DNA of 64,000 nucleotides from an uncultured Chloroflexia bacterium (GTDB lineage: Bacteria; Chloroflexota; Limnocylindria; QHBO01), in NCBI GenBank assembly GCA_963827475.1, contig CAWHAZ010000005.1, positions 224,001 to 288,000 of the forward strand, in the 5' to 3' direction. The notes under the pieces were generated by a model. It had not been told where the DNA came from. It did not search any database and saw only the letters and a program-made list of their open reading frames with translations. The translations under genes were made by a program, and so were the position numbers. Numbering within the stretch: position 1 is the first letter of the stretch; the number at the start of each line of letters is the position of its first letter. Below are positions 20,672 to 31,113 of this stretch, in pieces.

Positions 20672-21449
20672 CCGCGGTGGCCGCGGTCGACAGGAAGATC
20701 GCGACGTCGGGCACGGGACCGCCCAACAGGGCCCAGCGAAAGCCCTCGATCACGCCCACCATCGGGTTCAGCGCATAGATGGTCCGGAGGTTCTCCGGCA
20801 CGAGCTCGGATGAATAGACCACCGGCGACGCGAACAGCCAGAGCTGAATGACGAACGCGATGATGTACTTCACGTCGCGATAGCGGGCATTGATCGCCGA
20901 CAGCCAGGTCCCGACCGCGAGCGCGGCGCTGACGGCGAGGAGGGCGAATACCGGCAGCCAGAGGATCGTGATCGTGGGCGGGAACCCGTACAGCGCGGCG
21001 ACGACCAACAGGAGGACGAGCGCGATCAGGAAGTCGACGATGTACGAGCCCACCCCGGCCAGCGGCAGGAGGAGTCGAGGGAAGTAGACCTTCGAGATCA
21101 GGTTCACGCTGTTCACGAGGCTGTTCGACGCGCCGAGCAGGCTCTGCGAGAACAGCGTCCACGGGACCAGCCCGGCGAGGGCGAAGAGCGGATACGGCAC
21201 GTCGGCCGGGGCAATGCCCTCGATCCGCCCGAAGAACGCCGAGAAGACGATCATGAGCGCGACGGGCTGGAAGATCGCCCACGCCGCGCCGAAGAAGGTC
21301 TGCTTGTAGCGAACCTTGAGATCGCGCCAGACGAGGAAGTAGCCGAGGTCCCGGTACTGCCACAGCTCCCGCAGGCCCGGACCGTGCCAGCCGTGCCGCG
21401 GGCGGATCAGGACCGGCGCAGCGCGCTCCGATTGCACGGGGCGGATCAT
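20607..21449 (-). CDS. wzm: Polysaccharide ABC transporter permease (Wzm/TagG)
   Basis: ELWQYRDL, RDLKVRYKQTFFGAAW, LISKVYFPR, YRDVKY, LNPMVGVIEGFR and ERSFADLI motifs. Confidence 0.92.
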   Translation of the reverse strand: MIRPVQSERAAPVLIRPRHGWHGPGLRELWQYRDLGYFLVWRDLKVRYKQTFFGAAWAIFQPVALMIVFSAFFGRIEGIAPADVPYPLFALAGLVPWTLFSQSLLGASNSLVNSVNLISKVYFPRLLLPLAGVGSYIVDFLIALVLLLVVAALYGFPPTITILWLPVFALLAVSAALAVGTWLSAINARYRDVKYIIAFVIQLWLFASPVVYSSELVPENLRTIYALNPMVGVIEGFRWALLGGPVPDVAIFLSTAATAVILVLGVAYFRRAERSFADLI

Positions 21450-21510
21450 AGCGGTCCCGTGGCACCGCCTATTCTTAGGGCATTCCTTCATCCCCACCAC
21501 CCATGCCGCG

Positions 21511-23373
21511 GTGATGCAGCGCGACATCCGCTGGATCTCCGACCCCGTGATCGACAACCCGGGCGAGCGCGACGGACCGAGCGCGTCGCGCCGGCCGCGG
21601 CTGCTCGTGCTGTGCGACTTCCGGCCCGACGAGGCAGCCACCGTCATCGACCACATCGAGGCCATTCGCCGCTGGTCGGGCAACGAGGTCTACGTGCTCC
21701 CGTTCCAGGGCGACCTGCCGGACGAGCTGGACCTCGACCTGTTCGACGGCCTGCTGATTCACTACAACGTGGTGATGGTCGGTGCCGACTACCTCTCGCC
21801 GCTGGCGAGGTGGCGGGTGAGCCAGTTCCGCGGTGTGAAGGCGGCCATGATCCAGGACGAGTACCGATGGGTCGACCGCACGGTGAGCGTGATGCGGACG
21901 CTGGGCATCAACGTGCTCTTCACCTGCGTGGCGCAGGACCAGGTCGACCTCGTGTATCCCGTCGCCAAGCTGCCGGAGCTGAAGCGGACGGTGACCATCC
22001 TCACCGGCTACGTGCCGGACGAGCTGGTGACGGTCCCGGTTCGGCCGTTCGAGGATCGACCGATGGACGTCGCCTATCGTGGTCGACGGGTTCCCCCCTG
22101 GCTCGGCGCGCTGGCTCGGGAGAAGGCGACCATCGCCGACCGATTCGCGGCCGATGCCCCGGCCCACGGGCTGCGGACCGATATCTCGAATCGGGAAGAG
22201 GACCGGCTCTACGGGACGGCGTGGATCGAGTTCCTCAGCCGGGCCAAGGCGACGCTCGGAGCCGAGAGCGGGGCCAATGTCTTTGACTTCGACGGCTCGA
22301 TCGAAGCCAGCGTGCGGGCGGCCATGGCCGCCGAGCCCGATATCTCGTTCGACGCCCTGCACGACCGCTTCCTGGCCGATGTCGACGGCCGGGTCCGCCT
22401 GAACCAGATCTCGCCCCGCGCGTTCGAGGCGGCCGCCCTGGGCACGCTCATGATCCTGTACCCGGGCGAGTACTCCGGAATCCTCGAGCCGTGGCGCCAC
22501 TACGTCCCGCTCCAGAAGGATCACTCCAACATGGACGAGGTGGCGGGCGCGCTCCGCGATCGGGCGACCTGGGAGCGGATCACCGGCCAGGCTCGAGAGG
22601 AAGTCGCGCTCAACCCCCGCTACTCATATCGGGCCATGCTCGAGCAGGTCGACGCCGGGCTCGACCTCCATCCGGAGGTCTCCGCTCCGCTGGACGCCAC
22701 CGCCTTCGAAGGCATCGCGTCCCGGAGCCTGGAGACCATGCTCCGGCGTCGCCGGCGCCCGGGCGGCTGGCGCCGCGTCGGGCGGCTCGTCCGCCGGGTC
22801 GGCCACGCGATCTCTCCGAGCCCGCTGGCGATCCGAACCGTACCCCTGGCCCACCGCCCCCGGGGGCATGCCGCTCGCGAGCTCAGCCGCTACCTGCGCG
22901 CGTTCCTCTTCTGGGCCCTCCGCCCGCGGGAGCTCCCCTGGACCGCGCTCGTTGCCCACCGCGGCGCGCTGCTCCGCGACCTCAGCGAGCTCGCGCGGCT
23001 GGCGGAGTTCCGTCGTCGTGCGGAGGCCGCGGGGACCGGGTCACCGCTGACCGCCTGGCTTGACGCCGGTGCCCGGGAGGTGCGCATCGTCCTCTCCGGG
23101 GAGCGCACCACCGGCGATCGCGCGGCGGCCGACTGGCCGTCGGACCTGTCGGGCCTGGCCGCGGTTCATCTCGAGCTCGACGAGTGGCTGACCCCGACCG
23201 GGATGGGTGCGGGGTCCCGACGGCTGCCCGCCCTGTCAGCTCTGATCCGGGATCGGCCGGAGGTCGGTCGCCGGCTGCTGGTGATGACCGTCCCGCAGTG
23301 TCAGATCGTGCACGTCCCCGGGGCTGACGAGGACGCGGTCAGGCCGCCTCCAGCCGGCGCCGGTGGCGCCTGA
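21511..23373 (+). CDS. Uncharacterised putative glycosyltransferase, paralog 2, with C-terminal extension
   Basis: QDEY, LTGYVP, DVAYRGR, EDRLYGTAWIEFL, GAESG, ISPRAFEAAA and PGEYSGILEPWRHY motifs. Confidence 0.72.
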   Translation: MMQRDIRWISDPVIDNPGERDGPSASRRPRLLVLCDFRPDEAATVIDHIEAIRRWSGNEVYVLPFQGDLPDELDLDLFDGLLIHYNVVMVGADYLSPLARWRVSQFRGVKAAMIQDEYRWVDRTVSVMRTLGINVLFTCVAQDQVDLVYPVAKLPELKRTVTILTGYVPDELVTVPVRPFEDRPMDVAYRGRRVPPWLGALAREKATIADRFAADAPAHGLRTDISNREEDRLYGTAWIEFLSRAKATLGAESGANVFDFDGSIEASVRAAMAAEPDISFDALHDRFLADVDGRVRLNQISPRAFEAAALGTLMILYPGEYSGILEPWRHYVPLQKDHSNMDEVAGALRDRATWERITGQAREEVALNPRYSYRAMLEQVDAGLDLHPEVSAPLDATAFEGIASRSLETMLRRRRRPGGWRRVGRLVRRVGHAISPSPLAIRTVPLAHRPRGHAARELSRYLRAFLFWALRPRELPWTALVAHRGALLRDLSELARLAEFRRRAEAAGTGSPLTAWLDAGAREVRIVLSGERTTGDRAAADWPSDLSGLAAVHLELDEWLTPTGMGAGSRRLPALSALIRDRPEVGRRLLVMTVPQCQIVHVPGADEDAVRPPPAGAGGA

Positions 23374-24388
23374 TCGATGCCTCGATCATCGGCAGGTTGT
23401 CCCGCGTCCAGCGCACCGTCCGGCGCACGCCTGTCCCCAGGTCGACCCGTGCCTCGAACCCCAGCTCCCGGCGCGCCTTCACGGTGCTCCCCAGGCGATT
23501 TCCCGAGTGGTCCCAGGTGCGGCGGGGCGCGAGCTCGATCGGTGCTGAGCCCGGCAGGTTGGCGTTGATCGCGTCGGCCAGCTCGCGGATGGTTGTCTCC
23601 ACTCCGCTGGCCAGGTTGTAGGCCTCACCGGGCGCTCCCCGCGTCGCGCAGCGGATCAGGCCGTCGACGATGTCGTCGACGTAGATGAAGTCGCGGGACG
23701 ACTTCCCCCGATTCTCGAGGACGAGCGGGAGCCCGACGATCGCCCGATAGACGAAGGTCGGCGTGACGTTGCGCCAGACCGTGGCCGCCGTCCCGCGCCA
23801 TCGGCCCGCGCCAAGGATCTCTCCGGGGCCATAGACGTTCTGGAACCGGGCGTGGACCACGGGCAGTCCATGGCGTTCGTGGAAGTAGTTTCCGTACATC
23901 TCGCCGACGATCTTCGAGATCTGGTACGGCGAATCGAGGTCGAGCGAGATCGGGTCATCCTCCTTCGTCGGCTCGGCCGCGCCGTAGACCTTGCGCGCCA
24001 TCGTGCAGCCGGCCCCGGCGTAGACGACCTTCTGGAGGCGAGTGAAGCTCGACAGCCGCTCGTACAGGCGCAGGGTGGTCTCGAGATTGTTCCGGTGATC
24101 CGCCAACGGGTCGGCCATCGAGTTCTGGTTGCCGTGGAACGTCGCCAGGTGGAAGGCAAGGTCGAAGTCATCGGTCAGGCCGGCGAGGATCCGCGGGCTG
24201 GCGATCGAGCCCTGGACGAAGGTCACCGGGGGCAGCTCGAGGACATCGGTCCGGTTGGAGGAGAGGAGGTTGTCGACCACCACCACCGACGAGGCTCCAC
24301 GGCGGACGAGCGCCCGGACGAGGTTGCTGCCGACGAATCCGGCGCCCCCGACGACGAGAGTCCGTGCCCCGCGGACGGAAACGGTCAT
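23339..24388 (-). CDS. wbmF: Extended SDR nucleotide-sugar epimerase, WbmF-like
   Basis: VVGGAGFVGSNLV, FHLATFHGNQNS, DSPYQISK and RFQNVYGPGEILGAGRWRGTAATVWRNVTPTF match Bordetella WbmF as I recall it; needs BLAST confirmation. Confidence 0.8.
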   Translation of the reverse strand: MTVSVRGARTLVVGGAGFVGSNLVRALVRRGASSVVVVDNLLSSNRTDVLELPPVTFVQGSIASPRILAGLTDDFDLAFHLATFHGNQNSMADPLADHRNNLETTLRLYERLSSFTRLQKVVYAGAGCTMARKVYGAAEPTKEDDPISLDLDSPYQISKIVGEMYGNYFHERHGLPVVHARFQNVYGPGEILGAGRWRGTAATVWRNVTPTFVYRAIVGLPLVLENRGKSSRDFIYVDDIVDGLIRCATRGAPGEAYNLASGVETTIRELADAINANLPGSAPIELAPRRTWDHSGNRLGSTVKARRELGFEARVDLGTGVRRTVRWTRDNLPMIEASIRRHRRRLEAA

Positions 24389-24543
24389 GCGGCGGTCGTC
24401 ACCGGGGCAGGGCGCTCGGCGAGCTGCCGGCGCTCAGGACGCGGCTGTCCCGGAGGTCGTTCGACGACGACGAGGCCCTCGACCCGGTCGAGGCCGCGAC
24501 GCGCAGCGGTGAGTCCGCGCCGCGCCCCCCGGCCCAGGGTCAC
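24385..24543 (-). CDS. Possible 52-aa linker ORF between the two epimerases
   Basis: GTG at 24543 overlaps the upstream TGA and its own TGA overlaps the wbmF-like ATG; no recognisable domain. Confidence 0.35.
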   Translation of the reverse strand: MTLGRGARRGLTAARRGLDRVEGLVVVERPPGQPRPERRQLAERPAPVTTAA

Positions 24544-25487
24544 GCCCGCAGGCCCTCGAGCTTGAGGTGGGTGTACGTGTCGGTGATGCCGAAACGCTGG
24601 TAGTACTCGATGGCCGCGCGGACTCCGTCCTCCAGGGGCACGGTGGTGCCCCACCCGAAGTCCTGAGCGGTCCGGCTCGGATCGAGGAGGATGGTGAACG
24701 CGTCGTCCGCGCCGCGTGGTCGGACCTCGACCGGCTGGTCGAGGGTGATGCCCAGCGTGCCGACCGTCGCCTCGAAGAGCTCCTCGATGGAGTAGTCCCC
24801 GCCGCTGGACACGTGATAGGCGCCCTGTCCGCCCGCCCCGTCGATCGACTGGACGAGCAGGTCGATGAGGTCGCTGACGAAGACGAAGTCGCGGCGGGTG
24901 TCCATCACGAAGCAGGGCTTGCCACCAGTCAGCCGCGAGTAGAACGTCGGCAGCGGGCCGCTCAGGTTGCGCGGACCGTAGGCATTCGCCAGCCGGAAGG
25001 ATTGCCAGTCCAGACCGCTCAGGGCCACGTAGTGCTCGCCGGCCGTCTTGCTGATCGCGTAGCTGCTGGCCGTTGGCAGGATCGGGTGGTCGAGGGTGAT
25101 GGGCTGCTCGAGCGGGTGGAGCCCGTAGCACAGCGCGGTCTGGAGGTAGATGAGCCGCCGGACGTCGGCTGCCTGGGCCGCCCGCGCGACCAGGGCCGTT
25201 CCGAGGACGTTGGTGGCGGCATCGGAAGACCAGTCCTCCGGGTCCTTGTAGGAGGCCGCCGCGTGGACGACGACTTCGGGCTGAAACGTCGTGAATGCGT
25301 CGGACACCACCCCGGCGTCGCCGATGTCCCCCTCGATCACGGTCAACCCGGGCGCAGACTCGGGAAGGTTGTCCCGGCGTCCGGTCGCGTAGTTGTCGAT
25401 GACCAGCACCTCATCGGACCGCGCCAGCAGCCGATCGGTCAGATGGGAGCCGATAAAGCCGGCCCCGCCGGTCACGAGCACTCGCAT
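24540..25487 (-). CDS. Extended SDR nucleotide-sugar reductase/epimerase, WbmG/WbmH-like
   Basis: VIDNYATGRRDNL, HAAASYKDPEDW, QTALCYG, SSYAISK, GPLPTFY, ILLDPSRT and YTHLK motifs, which I recall from Bordetella WbmG/WbmH. Confidence 0.8.
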   Translation of the reverse strand: MRVLVTGGAGFIGSHLTDRLLARSDEVLVIDNYATGRRDNLPESAPGLTVIEGDIGDAGVVSDAFTTFQPEVVVHAAASYKDPEDWSSDAATNVLGTALVARAAQAADVRRLIYLQTALCYGLHPLEQPITLDHPILPTASSYAISKTAGEHYVALSGLDWQSFRLANAYGPRNLSGPLPTFYSRLTGGKPCFVMDTRRDFVFVSDLIDLLVQSIDGAGGQGAYHVSSGGDYSIEELFEATVGTLGITLDQPVEVRPRGADDAFTILLDPSRTAQDFGWGTTVPLEDGVRAAIEYYQRFGITDTYTHLKLEGLRA

Positions 25488-25489
25488 CG

Positions 25490-27413
25490 TCAAACAGCCC
25501 TCCGCAGTTCGTTTCGCATGGCCTGGAAGTCGGTGGCACGGTCGTGGTACTGCTGCTGCCACAGCTCGAGCGAGAGCAGGCCCCAGAAGCCGCGTCCGAA
25601 TGCCGCCTCCTCGTCGAGCGAGGCGAGCACGGCGCGGTTGTTGATCAAGGCCCGTTCCTGCGCTGCCCGCGACGAGAGGATGTCGGTGATGAACTCGCGT
25701 GCCGGCCCCTGCGCCCACTCCGTCAGCGGGGTCGGGAAGCCCATCTTGTCGGTCCGCTGGGCGATCTGGCGCGGCAGTCGGTCCCGGAAGGCCGCGACCA
25801 GCAGCCGCTTCAGGCGGCCGCCCTCGAACTTGATGTCGGCCGGGATGGTGGCCGCCAGCTCGACGATGGGGTGGTCCAGGAACGGCAGCCGCGACTCGAG
25901 GCCGTGGGCCATGCTCATCCGGTCCTCGACCTGGAGCAGGGCCGGGAGCAGGGTCTTGAAGTCGAAGTGGGTCATCCGGTCGAAGTACGACTCGCCGTCG
26001 ATGTTGTCCGCGTAGTAGATCGAGCGGAAGGTCTCGTACGGCGAGTAGGAGCCGAGCTGGTCCCAGTCGATCTCGTGGCGATGGGCGTTGCCGCGACTGA
26101 CGAGGCGGAAGTAGCGCCGATCCATCGGCTCGAACAGCCCCTCCGCCCAGAACTCCTGGAGCATGGGCTTGTAGCGCGACAGCGTCGGCAGGTTGGGCAG
26201 GATCGACTCGTAGCTGACCACGAAGTTCCCGTTGTTCAGCGTCCCGTCGAGGGCCGCCTTCAGGCATTGCTCGAGGTAGGCCACCAGGTATCGCGCGTAC
26301 CCTCCGAACAGCTCGTCCCCGCCCTGGCCGCCGAGGACCACCTTGCGGTGCGCCCGGGCGTCTCTCGACACGATGTATTGCGGGAAGGCGCCGGGCCCGG
26401 CGACCGGGTAGTCGAGGTGGTAGATGACCCGCTGGATGTCCCGGACGAAGTCATCGACCGTGATGTCGGAGATCCGCAGGTCGAGCCCGCGATCTTCGGC
26501 CAGGGCCTCTGCGTATTCGCTTTCGTCGTACTGCTCACCGATCGGGAACCGGCCGTTGAACGCCATCATCCCCGGCTGGCCGCTGTCCGCCGCGAGCGCG
26601 GCCACGATGCTCGAGTCGAGGCCGCCGCTGAGATAGGCGCCGACCGGCACGTCGGCCCGCAGGTGCACGCGGACCGAATCCTCCATCCGCGCCTGCAGCT
26701 CTTCCTCGAAATAGGCTGACGTGTGGCTGTAGTCCGGCTCGAACCGGACGTCCCAGTAGCGCTCGACGCGCACCGTGCCGCCGGCAACCACCAGCGAGTG
26801 GCCGGCCGGCAGCTCCCGGATCCCCTTGAACAGGGTCTTGCCGTCGAGGCAGAACTGGAAGGTGAGGTAGTCGCGCATGCCCTCGAGGTCGGTCTCGATG
26901 CCCGGCAGGAATGGGAGGAGCGCCTTCGCTTCCGAAGCGAACAGGAGGTTCCCGTCCACCACCGCGTAGTAGAACGGCTTCATCCCGAACCGATCGCGGG
27001 CGCAGAAGAGCATCCCGCGCTCGCGCGTCCCACAGCGCGAACGCGAACATGCCGCGGAGGTGGGACAGGCATTCGGTGCCCCACTTCTGGTAGGCGCGGA
27101 GGATGACCTCGGTGTCCGAAGTCGTGCGGAACGAGTCGCGTCCGAGCTCATCCCGAATCTCGACGTAGTTGTAGATCTCGTGGTTGGCCGTGATCCAGTC
27201 GCCGGATTCGCCCTGCATCGGCTGGTCGCCGGTGGTCAGGTCGATGATGGCCAGCCGCCGATGCATGAGCCCAACCTGGCCGCCGGGGTGGTGCCAGGTG
27301 GCGGACCCATCCGGGCCGCGGTGGCTGAGCAGCGAGTTCATGACGTCCAGGCTGGCCTCGAGGCCGGGAACCGGCTTCCCCGACAGGCTCACGATCCCGG
27401 CGATTCCACACAT
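25490..27413 (-). CDS. asnB: Asparagine synthase-like glutamine amidotransferase (glycan amidation type), frameshift near 27020
   Basis: N-terminal MCGIAG, HRGPDG, RLAIID, RDRFGMKP, YLSGGLDSS, GGQGGDELFGGY, DRMSMAHGLESRLPFLD and KMGFPTP motifs. Confidence 0.9.
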
Positions 27414-27428
27414 CCCTGATCAGCTCTC

Positions 27429-28737
27429 CTAGCGCTCGCCCAGGCGTCTGGCCCGGCGATCCGATCGGGCCCGCATGACAGGATCGAGCAGGCCTACCCG
27501 TCGCAGGGCTTCACGTGCGATTGGTCGGACCCGTTGCCGGATCCGGACCCACCCCCACGACGGAACGTCGAGCGTCCGCTCCCACGCGGACAGTCCGCCG
27601 ATGAGGATACCGCGCCGACCGGCCTGGCTTCGCGCGCCCACTCCCGCCGCCGCCAGGATGGTCTGCACGAAGGCCTCGTAGCCGTAGCGGCCCGAGGCCA
27701 CGATGTCGGCGTAGGCACGCTCCGCCATGTCCCGGTGGCCGTCGCCGTTTTGGACCGATTCCACGATCTCGTCCACGTTGCCGAAATCCTCCCGAACCGG
27801 GATGTAGTGCCGGCCCGCTTCGAGAATCCCGCTGTACGCGCCCTCCACCAGGATCTGCGGGGTGCGAGTCGCGCAGGCCTCCAGGTGCCGCGGCGAGATC
27901 GTTCGCAGGTTCAGGTTGCCGTCGAGACCGGGAAAGCATCCCGCTTCGACCTCCTCGAACGACGCCGCCGGGTGCTCGGCGACGAACGCGTCGGCACAGG
28001 CGCGGATTCGCCCGTCGCGGTCCAGGATCCCCGCGCCGCTCTCGACCCCGATCGTGTAGCGGCTGCGGAGCAGGAACCGGAACCAGTCGTCGCCGACCAG
28101 GGTGTCCTTCGCCTCGAGGGAGATGTCGAGCCGCAGCCGCGCGCTTCTGGCCGGCAGCCTGGAACTGGTCGGCGATCCACGCCTTCCGCATGCCGTGCCG
28201 GCCAAGCCATGGCATGGGCCGCCACGCGCGGTACCCGATGTCGATGGTGCGCGGGACGTCCTTCGCCAGGCCCTCGATCCGCTCGACGGTCGCCGGCTCG
28301 AGATAGCCGGGCAGCACGCGGGTCACGCCTGCCCCGCGCTCGATGAGTGGACCGTAGAGGGTGGCCCACTCCTCGGGCGGTGCACACGAGAACACGTGGT
28401 CGACGTGCAGCTTGCCGAGCACATCGACCAGCACGTCGATGTTGATGAACTCGTCCTGGGGGATCGCGACCACCGGCGCACGCAGCTTCCGAATCGCCCG
28501 CATGCGGAGGGCCACGTCGCGGAAGTCGTCCGGCTGCCATCGGTCCGACAGGAGGATGGTGTGGAGGACGACGAGGTCGATGTCGAGCCGGCCGATCCAG
28601 GACGGGACCGATCGGACGGCCATGTTGACGTAGATGCACGGCCGTCCGCCATAGCGACGGAAGGAGTAGAGGTGATCCGCGATCGCGGGGCGGAGCGGGG
28701 CCAGACGAGAGTGGTAGAGGACGAGGATCGAGCCCAA
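27429..28737 (-). CDS. Uncharacterised putative glycosyltransferase, paralog 3 (frameshift near 28150)
   Basis: PQDEF, LPGYL, DIGYRAW, DTLVGDDWFRFL, GVESG, ISPRHLEAC and EGAYSGILEAGRHY motifs. Confidence 0.7.
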
Positions 28738-28832
28738 CTGCGGTCCCTAGCGGTCGACGCGGGGCCTTCGACCGGCGCCTGTTCGGAACGGACGGCGGCG
28801 GGAGGCGGTCATTCGGCGCCGAAGCATAGCGC

Positions 28833-29656
28833 TCAGCGGCGGGCCACGATGTAGAGGTCGAGCCCGTACCACCGCTCGATCCAGGTCCCGAGGGCGCCAT
28901 CTCGGGTTGTCAGCATCCGGCCCCGCACGGAGAAGTCCTCGAAGTTGTGGGTATCGATCTCGACGGCATCGAAGCGCCGGAACAGCCGGCGAGCCTGGCG
29001 CCGCGAAGAGAAATCCGTGTGCGGCGCGGCGAGCCCGGTCGAGTCGGCGTCGTACATGCGCGCGACGTCGACCTCGGTCACCGGGGCCTGTCCGCGCCAG
29101 GGCGCCAGCGTTCGCCGCAGCCGCATCTTGATCCTCCGCGCCGACCGCGCGTGATAGATCATCACGACGGCCCAGCCGCCGGGGACGAGGACGCGACGGA
29201 CCTCTTCCACCGACTGCGCCAGGGCACCGGTGTGATGCAGGCACCCGATGGTGTAGACGAAGTCGAACGACGCGTCGGGGTGCGGGATCGCGGCGGCGGA
29301 GCCCTGCACGATGCGCTCCTCGCCGCCGACGCCGAGCATCGCGAGGCGGTGCTGCATCATGCGGACCGGCCCCGCGGCGATGTCCAGCCCGTGATAGACC
29401 GCGCCGCGCTTGACGATCTCCTCGCCGAGCGTGCCGTATCCGAGGCCGATTTCGAGGACGCGGGCTCCGGCGAGCGGGAATCGGTCGACGTACCCGAGCA
29501 GGTACGGGTAGAAGTCGAAGTAGGCGCGATCGAATGCGTCCAGCGTCGCTCGGTCGTGACCGACCAGGCCCAGGCTCCGAGCGAACGTCGTCCCACAGAG
29601 CTCGTCCCAGAACTCCTGGTTGCGGTGATCGACGTGGATGTGGTGGTGACCATCAA
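28833..29656 (-). CDS. Class I SAM-dependent methyltransferase (start uncertain; probable frameshift near 29635)
   Basis: The frame is open upstream of the ORF-track start: NQEFWDELCG...VLEIGLGYG...GLDIA, then DASFDFVYTIGCLHH and RVLVPGG. Confidence 0.85.
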
Positions 29657-29789
29657 TGCCGCCTCGCGGCTCCCCATACTACGCGCCGCGGGCCGCCGGC
29701 CGACAACGTGTGGACAACCCCGCGGGGATTGCGAAATGTCGTGGAAAAGGGGCTTGCGCAGCCGGTCGCTGATCCCGCATCCTGCGCAC

Positions 29790-29853
29790 GTCCCGAAGGG
29801 GCAGCTGGCCGGACCCGAGATGACATCAACGGTCGCCGCGGTTCCTTCGGGAC
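29790..29853 (+). ncRNA. Candidate small structured RNA (long irregular hairpin) behind a sigma70-like promoter
   Basis: GTCCCGAAGG/CCTTCGGGAC closing stem and inner TGGCCG/CGGTCG stem; TTGCGC-N18-CATCCT ends just upstream of the stem. Confidence 0.35.
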
Positions 29854-29895
29854 ATTTCCATGCCCCGCGCTGTCGCCAGCCGGAGCGCCGCCGGA

Positions 29896-31113
29896 CTAGG
29901 CGACGGGAGTCGCGCTCCGGTCGGCCATGATCGAGCCCCGCAGCGCGTCCGCGCGCGGGGTGTGCTCCCAGGGCAGGTCGAGGTCCGGGCGTCCGAAGTG
30001 GCCGTAGGCCGCGGTCGGTCGGTAGAGCGGCCGGCGCAGGGTCAGGTCGGTGATGATGCTCCCCGGGCGCAGGTCGAAGTGCTCGCGGATCAGCTGTTCG
30101 ATGGTCGCGTCGGACACGATCCCGGTCCCGAAGGTCTCGGCGTGGATCGCGAGCGGATGGGCGACCCCGATCGCGTAGGCCAGCTGGATCTCGCACCGAC
30201 GGGCGAGGCCGGCGGCCACGATGTTCTTGGCCACGAAGCGGGCCATGTACGACCCGGACCGGTCCACCTTGGTCGGGTCCTTGCCCGAGAAGCTGCCGCC
30301 GCCATGGCGCGCCATCCCGCCGTAGGTGTCGACGATGATCTTGCGGCCGGACAGGCCCGAGTCACCCTGCGGCCCGCCGATCACGAACCGCCCGGTGGGA
30401 TTGACGTAGACCTTCGTCTCCGCGTCGAGCAGGTCGGCGGGGATGGCGGCCTCGATGACCTCGGCCCGGATGCCATCGGTCAGCTCGCGGGTGTCCACGT
30501 CCGGCTCGTGCTGGGCGCTGACCACCACGGTGTGCACCCGCGCGGGGCGCCCGTCCTCGTCGTACTCGACCGTCACCTGGCTCTTGCCATCGGGCCGCAG
30601 GAACGGGAGCGAGCGATCCCGGCGGGCTTCGGCCAGCCGTCGGGCGACGGCATGGGCGAGCTGGATCGGCATCGGCATCAGCTCCGGCGTCTCATCGGTC
30701 GCATAGCCGAACATCATTCCCTGGTCGCCGGCGCCCAGCTCGTCCGGCTCCAGGCCCATCTTCGACTCCAGCGCGTGGTCCACGCCGCGGCTGATGTCGG
30801 GGCTCTGCTCCTTGATGGCCGAGATCGTGCCGCAGGTCTCCCAGTCGAACCCGAGATGGCTCGAGTCGTAGCCGATCTCGCGCACCGTGCGACGAACCAC
30901 CGACTGGACGTCGACGTAGTGGCTGGTCGTCATCTCGCCCAGGACGAAGACCAGTCCGGTCGTGGCCGCCACTTCGATCGCGCACCGCGCGTCGGGGTCG
31001 TTGGCGATGACGTCGTCGAGGATCGCGTCGGCGATCTGGTCACAGAGCTTGTCCGGATGTCCCTCGGTCACGGACTCGGAGGTGAACAGGGTGCGGTTCG
31101 CGGCGCGCTCCAC
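29896..31113 (-). CDS. metK: S-adenosylmethionine synthetase
   Basis: [38 protein letters not shown] and [16 protein letters not shown] motifs. Confidence 0.97.
   Translation of the reverse strand: MERAANRTLFTSESVTEGHPDKLCDQIADAILDDVIANDPDARCAIEVAATTGLVFVLGEMTTSHYVDVQSVVRRTVREIGYDSSHLGFDWETCGTISAIKEQSPDISRGVDHALESKMGLEPDELGAGDQGMMFGYATDETPELMPMPIQLAHAVARRLAEARRDRSLPFLRPDGKSQVTVEYDEDGRPARVHTVVVSAQHEPDVDTRELTDGIRAEVIEAAIPADLLDAETKVYVNPTGRFVIGGPQGDSGLSGRKIIVDTYGGMARHGGGSFSGKDPTKVDRSGSYMARFVAKNIVAAGLARRCEIQLAYAIGVAHPLAIHAETFGTGIVSDATIEQLIREHFDLRPGSIITDLTLRRPLYRPTAAYGHFGRPDLDLPWEHTPRADALRGSIMADRSATPVA

Noticed and set aside
29709..29748. DnaA-box-like sequences as a replication origin
   Set aside because: Only one perfect and one weak box, no AT-rich unwinding element, and no dnaA/dnaN nearby.
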